Part shown: in pieces, positions 37,391 through 50,700 of the stretch
Position numbering within the stretch: the stretch's first letter is position 1
Layout: every line of letters begins with the position of its first letter
Origin: Lytechinus pictus
Taxonomy: Eukaryota
Length of the DNA: 64,000 nt
Direction: 5' to 3'
NCBI RefSeq assembly: GCF_037042905.1
Contig: NC_087252.1
Location: 15,068,001 to 15,132,000, forward strand
Notes under the pieces: model-generated
Databases searched by the model: none
Told to the model about the DNA's origin: nothing
The model's input: only the letters and a program-made list of their open reading frames with translations
Position numbers and translations under genes: made by a program

Positions 37391-40134
37391 TAGAAAAATA
37401 TGAACGAATGAAAAATACAATACATACATGTAATAATTAAACACTGAGAGTTCGCTTTGCATTTTAATAATTTTCTTCTTCTTTTGGTGTAAACTTGGAA
37501 GTATCTAGATTTCAGAAATCCAGAATTATCGGTAACTGAATCCATACAATTACATGGTATACCAAAATATGGTGTTTTCGATACCCACGCAATTCCAGAA
37601 AATTCATGGTATTTTCTGATAAGGGATTTTACCACAATCTGAAAATACAACGTACTCTACAAAACTTGAGATTGGTTTTGTTTCCTTAAACCTTCAGTGA
37701 AGCAAGTTTCTACATTAATAATAAAGAGAGATAAATGTTCATGTGCCTCTTTTTACCCTAGAATCATGATTTGAAACACGTTTGGAAAAACGTTTCTGCA
37801 GGATCGCGGTTGCGTTTTGTCAAAAAGTAACTTAAACGTTTCAAATCACAAACATGAAACATGGAAAAGGGGGCATTTAGATATGTTTATACTACAGAAA
37901 CATGTTAAAAAAAGGTTCACGTAACAGTGATTTGCAGGATGATTCTATTACAAAATGTACGTCACTGTGTCAGCCTACTTCCGTGTTCATGTTTAACTGC
38001 GCGCTGCCATTTGTATTCTTCATTTCTACTTCTGACAGCAGCCATACACGATGTTTTGAAAATTGACGTTGTGTATCTTTTGCATTTCAAACCCACATAG
38101 CAATTTACGAATATATTTCCTTGGTCAATACGGTACTGCACACTACAATGCGCACTGGCTAGGATTAAAGTGAGGGAGGAACGACGTTGGCGAGAGGGTC
38201 AATAAAACCCACATTCCGCAGTTACCGTGAATTTATGATTGTGGGTTGAATCACGATTCATGTTTGCGATTCTAACTTTATAAGGTCGCATGAACGCAGC
38301 CTGTAAAGATTTCTTCAAGGAGTTTACAATAACGGAAACAGAAACATATCATGGCCTAGCTAACTGGTAAAAAGGCAGTATGTTACATGTTCATGGCAAT
38401 CTGAAATTACTGTGCAGCTGGCAAAGGGCCTCAGCTCACGCATGCCATTAATTTTTTTTCGGAGGCTAATTTCCACAACCTACTGCCTATAAAATCTGCA
38501 ACATTGCATTTAGCTTTATTCCAGTTGTGGTAACGATCTCAAAATTAGTTTGAACAGAATCGAATGAAATTACACCGTACCACCAACGTGTTAGTATATA
38601 AAATAAAAAATACGTGCCAAATAGCTCTAGAAGAAAATGCTTAATTGCAGAGAAATTAATAAAATAAGCACAGATTTCCATCAAATGTCTGGTATACAGT
38701 ATTTTAAAGCAATATTAGTACACTGTCCCACATATGATTTTCTGTGTTTTTTTAGTGATCATCAGAATTATCGATTTTGAGCTAAGATTTCATGATTTTA
38801 CAAAGTGAAAGATAAGTTTACAATATGTATCAGATCTGATAATTAACCTTGATTTAAAAGACTTTCTCATGAAATGATTGTTTGTTGCAACATTGCAATG
38901 AGTGGTGACTTTCGGGGGCTTTCTTTTCATTTTCCAGGGCTCTAGAGCATTTTGGGGGCGAAATCGCCCTGAGAACTCATGTAAATCTTTGCTGTTCCAC
39001 AAGCATTGTCTTCTGTCTTCTACATGTATTTGTCCAACAGGAATGGGAAATTGACATGCATAGCTTACCTTATAAAATCATAGCGCCTTTCTGCTTGACA
39101 GGAACAAACATGTTGCATGTACATGTATGTACGCTTCAACTACAGTACATGTAGATCCCTATAAAAATGGGTCCAACACAAGAGGGACACTTGCTGTACA
39201 TGCAAACAGGGCAAATTTAGCCTGAACCACATGTACAGGTACATGATGGGTCAACATTGCTGCATGTACATGGCACAAAAAATTTCATATGTACATGTAC
39301 ATGTACATGCACATGTATTAATGTTGTAAATCGGATCAATTCAATTCAATTCAATTCTTTATTCCATTTCCATTCAAAACGTAATATAAAGTAATACAAA
39401 TCAAGTACAATTTACAGATGAGCATGCTTACATTGTACTTCGTAAAACAAAAAACAGTATAATAATGAGCATAAATGAAATAAGGGGGGTCCACTAAAAA
39501 AAAAAAAAAAAATCAGATCGAAAATCGGATCGGCAGTTAAGCTTCTAAAATCTAAATTGAATCGTAAATCGAATCGGCGATGTTTAAAAACAAAGGAATA
39601 CAATAAAATTTTGTTTGCGGTCGCGCGCATCTTCCTGACAAAGTCACAAAGACGAGTGCATTGGAATGGAAGTCGCCAATTGCGCGATCATTTGGAACAC
39701 GTTTAAAAGGGTTTTGAGGTGTTACTGCTTTAAAATAAACCGAGTGATTTTTATTATAAAGATAAACGAATGACGCATCTTTCGAGCAAAGTCGCAAAGG
39801 AAATTAAAATGAAAATAATTCTCACACATGTAGATCACAGGTTAATGAACATTCGGCGGGACATCTTTTATAAGTATTTTTTTAGGTGCTAGCGATTTAG
39901 AATTATTGGAATGATCTCTTGATCTCGTACGATTCATCATCTTAAAGTCGCAAGTGCAATTGAAATGTAGTAGAAGACGCAAGCACACACGATGATTCAG
40001 AACATGTTATTAAAATGTTTTGAGGAGCTAGCGTTTTCAAATCAATTTATTACTATCTTGAGAAATGAACCTTTGATATCCAGAAGAAGAAATATAAAAG
40101 CATCTCCCGATGAAGTTGCTAAGACAAATAAATT

Positions 40135-40545
40135 GAGGTTGAAGAGAAGATGTCTATCATCATAAAGGAGGTAAGAGAGTAACGCAATGATTTCCGTCAG
40201 TAATACGACCTTTAAAAGTTAACGGTGGCGTCCGTTATCACCACGAGGTTGAAGAGAAGATGTCATTATAAACGATGTAAGAGAGTAGCGCAGTGATGTC
40301 CGTCAGTAATACGACCTTTAAAAGTTCACGGCGGCGTCCGCTATCACCACAAGGTTGAAGAAAAGATGTCTATCATCATTTAAAAAAAGGAGGTAGGAGA
40401 GTAGCACAGTGATCTCCGTCAATAATAAGTTTACGGCAGCGTCCGCTATCACCACGAGGTTGAAGAGAAGATGTAGATCATCATAAATGATGTAAGAGAG
40501 TAACACAATGATCTCCGTCAGAAGTACGATCTTTAAAAGTTCACA
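40135..40545 (+). repeat. Tandem repeat, ~105-110-bp unit, 4 copies
   Basis: AGGTTGAAGAGAAGATGT..ATCAT..GTAAGAGAGTA..CCGTCAGTAATACGACCTTTAAAAGTT..CGTCCGCTATCACCAC is repeated. Confidence 0.85.
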
Positions 40546-40554
40546 GCTCCCTTT

Positions 40555-41040
40555 TCAATGTTCTTTTTTTAATTTTTTTTCTTTCATTTCTTTCAAAGAA
40601 TGATAGAAAAAAAAATTTCTTTCTTTCATTCTAATTTTTCCTTTCTTTCGTATCATTTTTTTTCTCTCTCCTTCATTCTTTCTTTCACCCATACATTCAT
40701 CCTCCCTTCCTTTCCTTTTCTTTATTTCTTTATTCATTTCAAAGAAAGAATGAAACCTTTTTTATATTTCCTCCATTCTTTCTTTCATCCTCCTTTTTTT
40801 CTCACTTTCTTTCTTTTCATTTTTCTTCCTCCTTTTTCTTTTCTTCACTTTTCCTTAATTTTTCCTTCTTTCTTCTCCATTCATCTCGTTTTTTTTCTTT
40901 CCATTTTTATCTATTTCCTCCATTCTTTCTTCCACCCATTTGTTCATCCTCCCTTCCTTTCCGTTTTTTTCTTTTACTTTTCCTTCTTCCTTTTTTCTTC
41001 CTTTTTTCTTTTTCTTTTTTTCTTTCTTTCTTTCTTCTAC
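40555..41040 (+). repeat. Pyrimidine-rich (TTTC-type) low-complexity tract
   Basis: Almost purely T/C composition. Confidence 0.85.
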
Positions 41041-41858
41041 AATTATTTTAAGTGATTCTCCTTTTTATTTTGTGCCATATCATGGTCATATATACAAAAG
41101 TACAAGAAAATGTATGACAGAAAATTCATAAAATGTCATATTGACACTAACTTCAGTCATGGCAGGCAAGATAAAATCACTTTGAAAACAATAGAATATT
41201 ACAAGGTACATCAGTTCATGTTAAAGAGGCATTTAAACTATTAAGAGAAATCAAAGAGGATGAGGTGGCGCACCCTCTTCCCCATACTGCCATAGACTCT
41301 GTAGTTGTAGTTGCTGTGTCGAGAGACCACTATGACTTTAATTACAAGTCCTACTATAAAGTACCGAGTCTTCTTCCTGACTGTAGCCAGTGTAGCTCAT
41401 AGGCATAGATAGGACTGAGAAAAATCTGAAAATGTTTAAAAACTCCTCTCTCCAGCTCCGGAAACAGCAGATTTTTCAATCTAATTAGGAACATCGCTTG
41501 CCTTGGTTTCGCCGTAATTTTGTTATAGACTGAAGTGAGCGAACAAGAGTTACCTGCGACAGCTCACCCATTTGACTCCCATGGCCATGAGTTTTAGTCG
41601 CTAGGGTAACTAGTTTAGATCTGGAATCGAGCTAGACCTAGTCCATATCAAAATTACGGCGAGGCCAAGGGAAGGAAGCGCGGTGTCTGACTGAGAATTC
41701 GAATGACATTGTCATTGAGATCAACGAAGCCGATATAACAGCCAAGAGCCGTTCCCGATTGCAATATTTGGAAAAGCGGTGGGCATATTGTCGACCACTC
41801 GACCTGTCCTTGTCTTGAATTGAAAGTTGAAATGTGACTGAGACTGAGTGAGAGCCTG

Positions 41859-42168
41859 GGGCCGATTGCACAAAAGGGTCTTTCCAAGGACCGTCTTTCG
41901 TGTCGCCCATCTTTTATGATGTGCTAAAGCGGGGTGTTTCTGAAATTTATGATAAACAAATAAAATTTGTAAGATTGCTTTTAAATCAAATTTTATACAA
42001 TTTCATGAGATATCACTTCATTTTATAAACAAATATTTTGTTTATTTTAACGGACAAATAAAATATATTTGCAGATAATTTATTTGAAATGCGTTTCACA
42101 TGGCGTATCATAAAAGATGGGCGACACGAAAGACGGTCCTTGCAAAGACCCTTTCGTGCAATCGGCCC
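41859..42168. mobile_element. 310-bp PIF/Harbinger-like MITE with ~60-bp TIRs
   Basis: CTG|GGGCCGATTGCACAAAAGGGTCTTTCCAAGGACCGTCTTTCGTGTCGCCCATCTTTTATGAT, with its inverted copy ending at 42168|CTG. Confidence 0.85.
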
Positions 42169-42249
42169 CTGGCAAACATTTGCAAACAAATTCTGGTGGG
42201 GAAATTTACTCGCAATCGCCGAATCGGCTGGTGCAAAACTGCATTTTGT

Positions 42250-42710
42250 TGTCCTACCTAGCCTGGGATCCACCGCTGTGCAACTGTGCCTGGCCTTTGC
42301 AGCGGAGCCCCTGGGCAAGCCGAAGCCTGGCAAGTGGCATGGGCCATGACCATGGGTGGCAGGGTCCGGCTGATTGGGTCCTGGCCCCTGCCCTGCAATG
42401 ACCCTAGCCCTACGCGGAAATAAGTCCTGGCGCTGGCGCGGCGGCCCCGACTGGCCCGTCCGGCGCGCCGGGCTGGTTTTCTGATTTTCTTGCTCCCTTG
42501 AAAACTTAGGTAATTCATACTAATATAAGATACACTCAAAACACACTAAAATCGCCAAAATCACTACCATTACTACCATCACTTTCAAATTGTTTGAATA
42601 TTATTCACTTTACCTGTGTTCGAAGCGTCAATATCTTCAAAACAGATCGTGACCGATTCAATATCAATATCAAGACACAATGTTTCAACGCACGTTGAGG
42701 GCGCTAACGA
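42250..42710 (-). promoter_or_regulatory. CpG-rich patch next to a possible short non-coding first exon (candidate JAK gene promoter)
   Basis: 42250-42480 is GC/CpG-rich within an AT-rich background, and a minus-strand donor CACAG|GTAAAGT lies at 42614/42613. The link to the JAK gene is inference only. Confidence 0.25.
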
Positions 42711-43219
42711 CAAAAAAAAACTTGCACCTCGCAAATCCCGAATACTAGTATAGGAAAAATATGACATGAGCACATAATCCCCACATAATCATTATAATAA
42801 TCATTATAATTGAGCTTTCAGAATACCACCCGAAAGAGAATTCTCTCCCAAATAATTTGATACCTAAATTATGTGGTATGTCTTCACGCTTGGATAATCA
42901 GAAGGCATTCTTTGCAGTGATGTAAATTTTGACTTGCGCCAAAATATTAAAAGCATGACTCCAATATTATTAATCCAGATGTCAATGATTTTATAATCAT
43001 ACACGGGTTGCATTAAAATCCATTGCAAGACACTATTTCAATCATTAACATTAGAATTGTTTAATAAACAATTTGTGTATTAATTCTTAAGTTGATTTCA
43101 TTGGGAAAGGGTTTGCAAATACAGTAATACTAACTCAAATAGGATGCCATGGCACCTGGGGCCCGTTTCTCAACACATGGACAAGTTAGTCATATCTTTA
43201 TCCACCAACCACGGAGTTA

Positions 43220-43964
43220 TGCCTGGTTGACACTTGCACGCATTGTGGTATCCGCATTGCCCCGCATTGATGCGTGCCAGTGCGGGACACTTCATGGCAC
43301 GACTTGGCTATATCAGTTCACGCAATGTTCCGACACGTTCACGACATGTTTGCGCATTGTTTGCGCATAGTTCGCGCATAGTTCACGCAGTGTTCGCGCA
43401 TAGTTCACGCAGTGTTCACGCACTGTCCCGACGTGCTTTCAGCAAATATATTCGACACCCTATTCTGTGACGTATCTAGCGCAAATTTAAATATTCAACG
43501 TTCTTGTGTTGACACCCTCTACGTTCGTTTATTAGGACGACTCTTACTGATCACGTGGTCTGCACTCACAATTTGCGCATATCATTCGTGAACTATGCGT
43601 GAAGTATGCTTGACCTATGCGCAAAGTATGCGCGACCCTGTCGTGAACTAGTCGTGAACTGCGTGCCACTACCCCGGGGGTGTGCCTACTATTCTTTGCG
43701 CCACAAATTTTATATTTCGATGCCACGCAGTGGTACGCAGTGGCACGACTTGTTTGCGCATAGTTTGCGCACTGCTGCAATGCGGGAAGTGCGTGGCAAA
43801 ATTTTCAACATGTTGAAAAAATTTTTTCGCTCTTCACGCATTGCTGCGCATTGCCGCTCATCGTCCCGCCCCTTCCCGCAAGTGTCGACGCATTGGCACG
43901 CATGACGCAATATCAGTGCGTGAACTATGCGGGAACCGAAAATCGTGAAAGTGTCAACTAGGCA
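43220..43964. mobile_element. 745-bp TWA-target MITE (Harbinger-like), nested
   Basis: TTA|TGCCTGGTTGACACTT ... AAGTGTCAACTAGGCA|TAA, with internal GCGCATAGTTC / GAACTATGCG repeats. Confidence 0.75.
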
Positions 43965-43982
43965 TAAGTTCCAATCTTACTA

Positions 43983-46766
43983 TAGTCCAGGATAGAAGGG
44001 GTCGAACCTTGTTTTTTTATATATACAATGTTTTTTTATGGTTTCTTGTCAATTCGAGGGTGCTGATTCCGAATCTGAATGATGCCACTCGTGTAACCTT
44101 GAGCATTTTCTGCAAATTGGCAAAATCCAATATGGCCGCCAAAATATTCAAATTACCCATGAAAATCATAAAATTATCCACACATTTGCTATAAAGTACA
44201 TGCAATTGTGCTGCCGGAGTGAAATAATACCTGAAAAATGATTTTTGTCAAAATATTTATTTTCTTGATATCAAAATGGCCGCCATCATAGACCCCTGTA
44301 CAATATGAATGGGGAAAATTAATTTTTACAAAATTGAGCACTGAAATGCAAGTAATTATGATCTATGAGTGAAGCAATGTCTGAAAACATTATTGCTAAC
44401 GATATATATCATTTGTTATGTCAGTTATGTGATAAATCCTGTATTTCGATATTCAAAATGGCCTCCAAAAGCCCTAATGCTATTACGTACAATGTGAATG
44501 GTGACACAAAAAAATCACAAGAGTGAGCACTAAAATGCATTTTGTTAAGATAAACGAGTGGAATACTGACTAAAAACATTATTGTTAACGAAATTTATTA
44601 TTTAACATGCCATGTATGTGATAAACCCTGTATTTGGATATTTAATATGGCCGCCAAAGGCCCTAAAATTATGATCTACGATGTGAGAGAGGACAAAAAA
44701 CAATCACAAGGTGAGCACTAAAACGTATTTTTTTTTTGTGGTAAATTAGTGGAATACTGTCTTCAAATATAATTTGCAACGAAATATATTATTCGGGTTT
44801 CATATTTGTGTTAAATTTTGTATTTTGACTTTCAAAATGGCCGCCAAAAGACATTGACTGTATTATGTACAATCGATCTGGGAAACCAATTTTCACAGGA
44901 GTCAGCACCATAACATGCATATAATTGTGATTTAAGAGTAAAATATTGTCTGAAAACATAATTTCTAACAAGATATATCATTCATTCTGCCAGGTAGGTG
45001 ATAAATAATGTATTTTGAAAGTCAAAATGGCCGCTACAGGCCCTAACGGTAGGCCTATTATACTTTGTGAATGGGAACATGTAATTTTAACAGAATTTGG
45101 CTTTGCTTGACTAAATGGTATTGCATGTATGAGTGAAATATCGTCTGAAAATATGATTTCTAACCAAATAGATCATTTCTTATATTATTTAGGTGATAAA
45201 TGCTATATTTAAATTTCAAAATGGCTGCAATATGTTTCTTTGTGGAAATTATATTTCCCCATTCAAATTTTACATATTAAGATAAGGGACTATGGCGGCC
45301 ATTTTTCATTTTTAAAAGGCTGCATTCATCACCTTTATGACACAAGCTATGATATATTTCGTTAGATATCATTGGATTTAGACAATACTTAACACTTACA
45401 TCAAAATTAAGCCATTTTCATTGTAAAAATTTTGTCAAAATTATCTGTCCCCAGTTACAATTTACATACTACTTTGGGTTATGGCAGCAATTTTGAATTT
45501 CAAAGTAAGGCCTTTATTACCTTCTCAACCATTATGTGATGTATTTAGTCAGAAATCATGTTCAAGACCAAATTTTACCTATACATCACATAGTTACGTG
45601 CGTTTTTGGTTCTCATTCTGGTGATGATTAGTTTCCCTATACGCATGTTACAGAATTTGTAGGGGCTTGTGCGGCCGTTTTGAAAGTCAAAATACAGTAT
45701 TTATCACCTACATGGGAGAGGAAATGTTATATTTCATTAAAAAATCACGTTTTCAAACAATATTTTCCTTATACAACAGAATTATATGGATTTCATAGTC
45801 AGGCAAATCCTAATTCTTTCAAAAGTATTTGTCCCCATTTACATTGTAGATAATACTGTAAGGGCCCATAGGGGCCATTTTGAATTTTACAATACAGCAT
45901 TTATCTCATGCGTGAAAAAGGAAATGATATGTTTCGCCAGAAAACATGTTTTTAGACAATATTTCACTCGTAGATTACAATTACATTCATTTTATTGTTT
46001 TTACTCTTGTGAAAATTAGTTTCTTCATTCGCTTTGTTCATAATACAGATAGGGCCTATGGCAGCCATTTTGAATGTCAACATGCAGCATAATTACCGAA
46101 ATTGCAAGGGAAATTATATGTTTCGTTAGAAATCCTTGTTGTCAGACAGTGTTACACCAATATTTCGCAGTTATTGGCATTTTAGAATCAAACAAATTCA
46201 AAGGTTGTGACAATTATTTGTCCCCTTTTATATATTGTACACAGTATAAGGGGTCTATGACAGCCATTTTGAATATCATAATACAGCATTTATCACATTA
46301 GATAGTATACAAATGACATAGTTTTGTTAATAGTCATGTTTTCAGACAGTAGTCCACTCGCAGGTCACAATCACATGCAATAATAGTGCTCTTGTTTGAA
46401 AAAAAAATTTTCCCCATTCATATTCTACATAATAAAGTATACAGGGGTTATGGCGGCCATTTTGAATATCAATAAAATAAATATTTTGTCAAATATCGCT
46501 TTTCCAATTGGTATTTCACTTCTGCACAACAACTACATGCATTTTATAGCTAATGTGTGGGCAATTTTATGATTTTCATGGGTAATTTGCATATTTTGGC
46601 GGCCATATTGGATTTTGCCAATTTGCGGAAAATGCTCAAGGTTACAAGAGTGGCATCATTCAGATTCGGAATCAGCACCCTCGAATTGACAAGAAACCAT
46701 CAAAAAACATTGTATATCTGAAAAAACAAGGTTCGACCCCTTGTCTATGGGGCCTATCCTGGACTA
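43983..46766. mobile_element. 2.78-kb non-autonomous Academ-like foldback transposon, nested
   Basis: Ends TAGTCCAGGATAG / CTATCCTGGACTA with a 3-bp TSD CTA (43980-43982 / 46767-46769). TIRs exceed 250 bp. The ~185-bp subrepeats carry CAAAATGGCCGCC in the left half and GGCGGCCATTTTG in the right half. Confidence 0.8.
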
Positions 46767-47712
46767 CTAAACCTGTTTCTCGAAAGGCTTCCTAACTAGA
46801 ATACCTTGATATCGATACTATCGGTAAAAAAAAGCAGACGAGACGTAGCCTTAGTCACAAAATAGCATAATTTTCAAAAAGAAAAATTATGACAAAATTG
46901 CAAATATTATGATGATTTGGGAAATAAATCTTTTCAAAATAATAGCGCATGTGAATTATGCATCATACATACCTAGACCATGAAGACTGGAGCATTCAAT
47001 TGCAGAGAAAATTAAATTATGAATAATTCATTTCATGACCAAAAAATCACTTGTGGACATTATGGGTACGCGCGCCCCCGGGAGACCCGATTTTTATAGT
47101 TTACGAAAGTAAACCATAACGGTTTTCTTTGTAAAATGATGATAATTATACGGAATTTTACCATTCCAAACGTCATCAAAATATAGTTTAACAAAACATT
47201 TTTAATCATTGATACCGAAATATACGATATTGGACAAATTATATGCATAAATTAGAGATAGAATTATCCAACTTTTAATAGGGGTCTGAAAACAACAAAT
47301 ACGAGTTCAGTTATGGATGGCCTGACGTGGTAGAATCTTTATCGATTAAATCATTTTACTATTTCAAAATTAATGGTTTTGTGGCGTTTTACCAACAGTT
47401 TTTATAGTTTCTTTGTATTACAATTATCATTGAATGCATTATCCCACTTGTTTTGTGATGTAATTTCAACCTCTATGATTGATTACGTAAGATTATAATT
47501 TTAAAATTTCTAGGCACTTTTGCATGTCATAGTCTACCCACGTGATGCCACTACGTCATTAAGAAAGAAGTTATGACAGGTTCGGAGGTGTCATAAATAT
47601 TTAGTGAGGTTGTTGTACCCGATCTTGGTAAGAGGGCTTCGTGAAACGGTTAGCGGACATTTTTTTTTTTCTTTTCCTCGTGTCAGAGGTATTTATTCAT
47701 TCAATTGCCAAA

Positions 47713-50700
47713 TTAACATGTATTTACATCCAGGGTCTTAGAGACAACATCCGAGATGTTGTCTAAAAGAATTTCATATTTAAACACATGCCATATAGAA
47801 TAACTGTTATATGGTTTACCTTGGAAATAGTTAATCATATACATCAAATAGATTGCATATTGAGCATACACAAGGACTGTATTTATATCTGTTGCTTTTT
47901 CATGTGTGAAATCAAAACCAACTATTAATAATTTTTCGTTTAATATAATTTTTTCTTTAAACATTAAATTAATCAAATTCACAATACGTTTCCAGAAAAG
48001 CTTTACGCTTGGGCATTCTAAAACGACATGATAAAAAGATTCTGTTGTTTTACAGAAAATACATAAGTTGTCTGTTACAATTTTCCACTTCCACAAGTTG
48101 TATCTAAACGGTAAAATCCTGTGAAGAGTTTTGAAGTTGAGTTGCTTTATTTTATTATTTTTCAACGTCTTAAACTTAAATTTCAATGTGTCTTTCCAGT
48201 CAAAATCAACTGCAAGGTTCAATTTACCTTCCCAGAATGTTAAAGCAGCCGGTTCTCTTTTCTTAAATTCACACAATAAACTATAGAAATTGCGAGACTT
48301 CATTGATCGTAGTCTAATAAAATCAAGCGTTCTAATTTCGAATACGTCGCTTCCGTATTGTGAATTTGATTCATCGTTATCTGCATAACTTATGTCTAGA
48401 ATTCTTTCGATCCAAATTTTTGGTATCGCATTTTTCAGTTTCGAATACATAAAGTCAATTAACAAAGAATTTAAGCCAAGCACTCGACAAATATGTTCTC
48501 TTGGCCGAAATCGTCCATTTTCTACAATGTCATTAATCGTTATAATGCCTTTTTCAAACCATCTTTTAAAAAATAAAGGTTTTCTATCATGTGTGATATT
48601 ACTATTGTACCACAAAACTTGATTTTTAACATTTACAATATCTGGAAACTGAATATATTTAAGTTCACTCCAAGTTATGAGACAGTCTATATAAAAGTCG
48701 GGTACCTTTTGTTTTACGCATAACTTCAACATATCTTTACTGAAACAATTTGTTTTCAAAATTAATAAAATAGGACATATTTTTTCAATCCAATATCTAA
48801 ACATAAACTTCCACGGTGCATCATTATCATTTTCAAAGAATCTACTCAACCATGATAAATGTAAGGATTGGAATTTAGATTTCAGATCTATCATTCGCAG
48901 TCCTCCCCTTATAATATCATTAATTAAGACTGCTCTCTTGACTTTTTCTCGTTTTGAATTCCATAAAAAATTATACATTAGTTTATTGAGATCAACAATT
49001 AGTTTCTGGGGGATGGGTAATACAGAGGCAACGTAAACAAATTGAGAAATTACTAATGATTTAAGAATCAAAACTTTACCATAGTAAGTTAAATTTCTCA
49101 TTTTCCAAAAATTTAAAATTGATTTAACTTTTTGAAGTTTCATAAACCAGTTTAGTCGTTCAGACTCTTTTTTATCACTTGTTAGATATATTCCTAAGTA
49201 CTTGACAGGTTCATCATTCCATTGAATACCTTCAATGAATGCATGTTGTTGTTGCATAGTGACAGCATTTGTTTTCATTACATTTAGGCTTGGCCCAGCA
49301 AAGAAACCAAAACGTTTTACTTCTCCAAGACATAAGTTGGCAGACTGAATGTTGTTTAAAAAGAGAACAGTGTCATCTGCAAGTTGAGATATCTTAAATT
49401 CTTTTGAAATACCAGTTACAGTAGATTCTACAGTGATACCACTGATATCAATATTCTGCTTTATTTTTAATGCCATAATTTCTACAACAAGAATAAACAA
49501 TAGAGCCGACAGAGGGCAACCCTGTCTAATTCCTCTTTTTATTTCAAATTTTTTCGAAATCCAACCATTATTCATGACACTCCCTCCAACATTTGCATAG
49601 AGGACCTTAATCCATGTAATAAAAGATTCTTTGAATTTAAGTTTGTATAATATTTGAAATAAAAACTGATGGGTAACCGTATCGAAAGCTTTTCGAAAAT
49701 CAAGAAAAAGAAAAATGCCTGGGTGATTATTATATTCACAATATTTAATAATATCTTTAACCAAACGTAGATTTTGCATAGCAGAGCGCTGTTTTAAATA
49801 ACCTGATTGATCAAAAGAAATCAATTTATCTATAACACCTCTTAATCTTGTACACAATACTTTTGCTGCAATCTTATAGTCTGTGTTGAGCAATGATATA
49901 GGTCTCCAATTATCTAGACATTGTTTATCACCTTTCTTGTACAGCAAAGTTAATATAGCTAATTTCTGAGTTTCTGATAACTGCTTTTTTATAAAACCTT
50001 CATTAACACTATCTATTATAAGGGATTTAACATCGTCCCAAAAATATTTTAAAAATTCAACAGATAAACCGTCACTACCTGGTGACTTATTGTTTTTCAT
50101 AGAAAATAAGGCATTACGACATTCTTCCTCAGTAAGTATACCTTCGCATGACAATGCTTCTTGTTCTGTTAACGTAGGTAATACAGTTGAATCTAAATAG
50201 TCATCAATATCAGACGATTCAACTTCATTGTTTGTTTTAGAGTACAAATGTTTATAATATTGAAATATTTCTCCAAGAACAGATTCCTGGTTTGTAATAA
50301 CCCTTCCATTCTTTTTAATAGAATTAATTTCTTTTCTCTTTCCGTTTCTCTTTTCACTTTCAAAAAAATATTTGGTTGACTTTTCACCATGCTCTATCCA
50401 TTTTTGTCTGGATCTGATGAAAGCTCCTTTGCATTTATATGTTAACCATTGGTCTAGTTTAATTTTTGTTCGTTCTAATTCAGCTTTATTTTCATTAGAT
50501 GAGTTTTCATCAGTCTTATAACTCATTGAATCGAATTCAGATTGCAATTGGTTGAAAGTTTCATTATTTTCTTTCTGTTTTTGTTTCGAATACTTGATAG
50601 TGTATTCTTTAATTTTTATTTTACACATATCCCATTTCATTTGAGGATTCATAATAACATTTTCCAATATAAATTTTTTAATCAAACTTTTCACATTTTT

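Noticed and set aside
36898..37650. 250-aa Phe/Ser/Leu-rich ORF
   Set aside because: It is a translation of the (AAAG)n microsatellite.
40600..41055. 151-aa Phe-rich ORF
   Set aside because: It lies in a low-complexity pyrimidine tract.
41638..42539. Cluster of GC-rich short ORFs sharing MGDTKDGP
   Set aside because: The shared start comes from the two TIRs of the 41859-42168 MITE, and there is no protein similarity.
47640..47652. GTGAAACGG as the right end of the element starting at 43159
   Set aside because: It is only a partial match. The true perfect TIR with its TSD is at 52157-52177.
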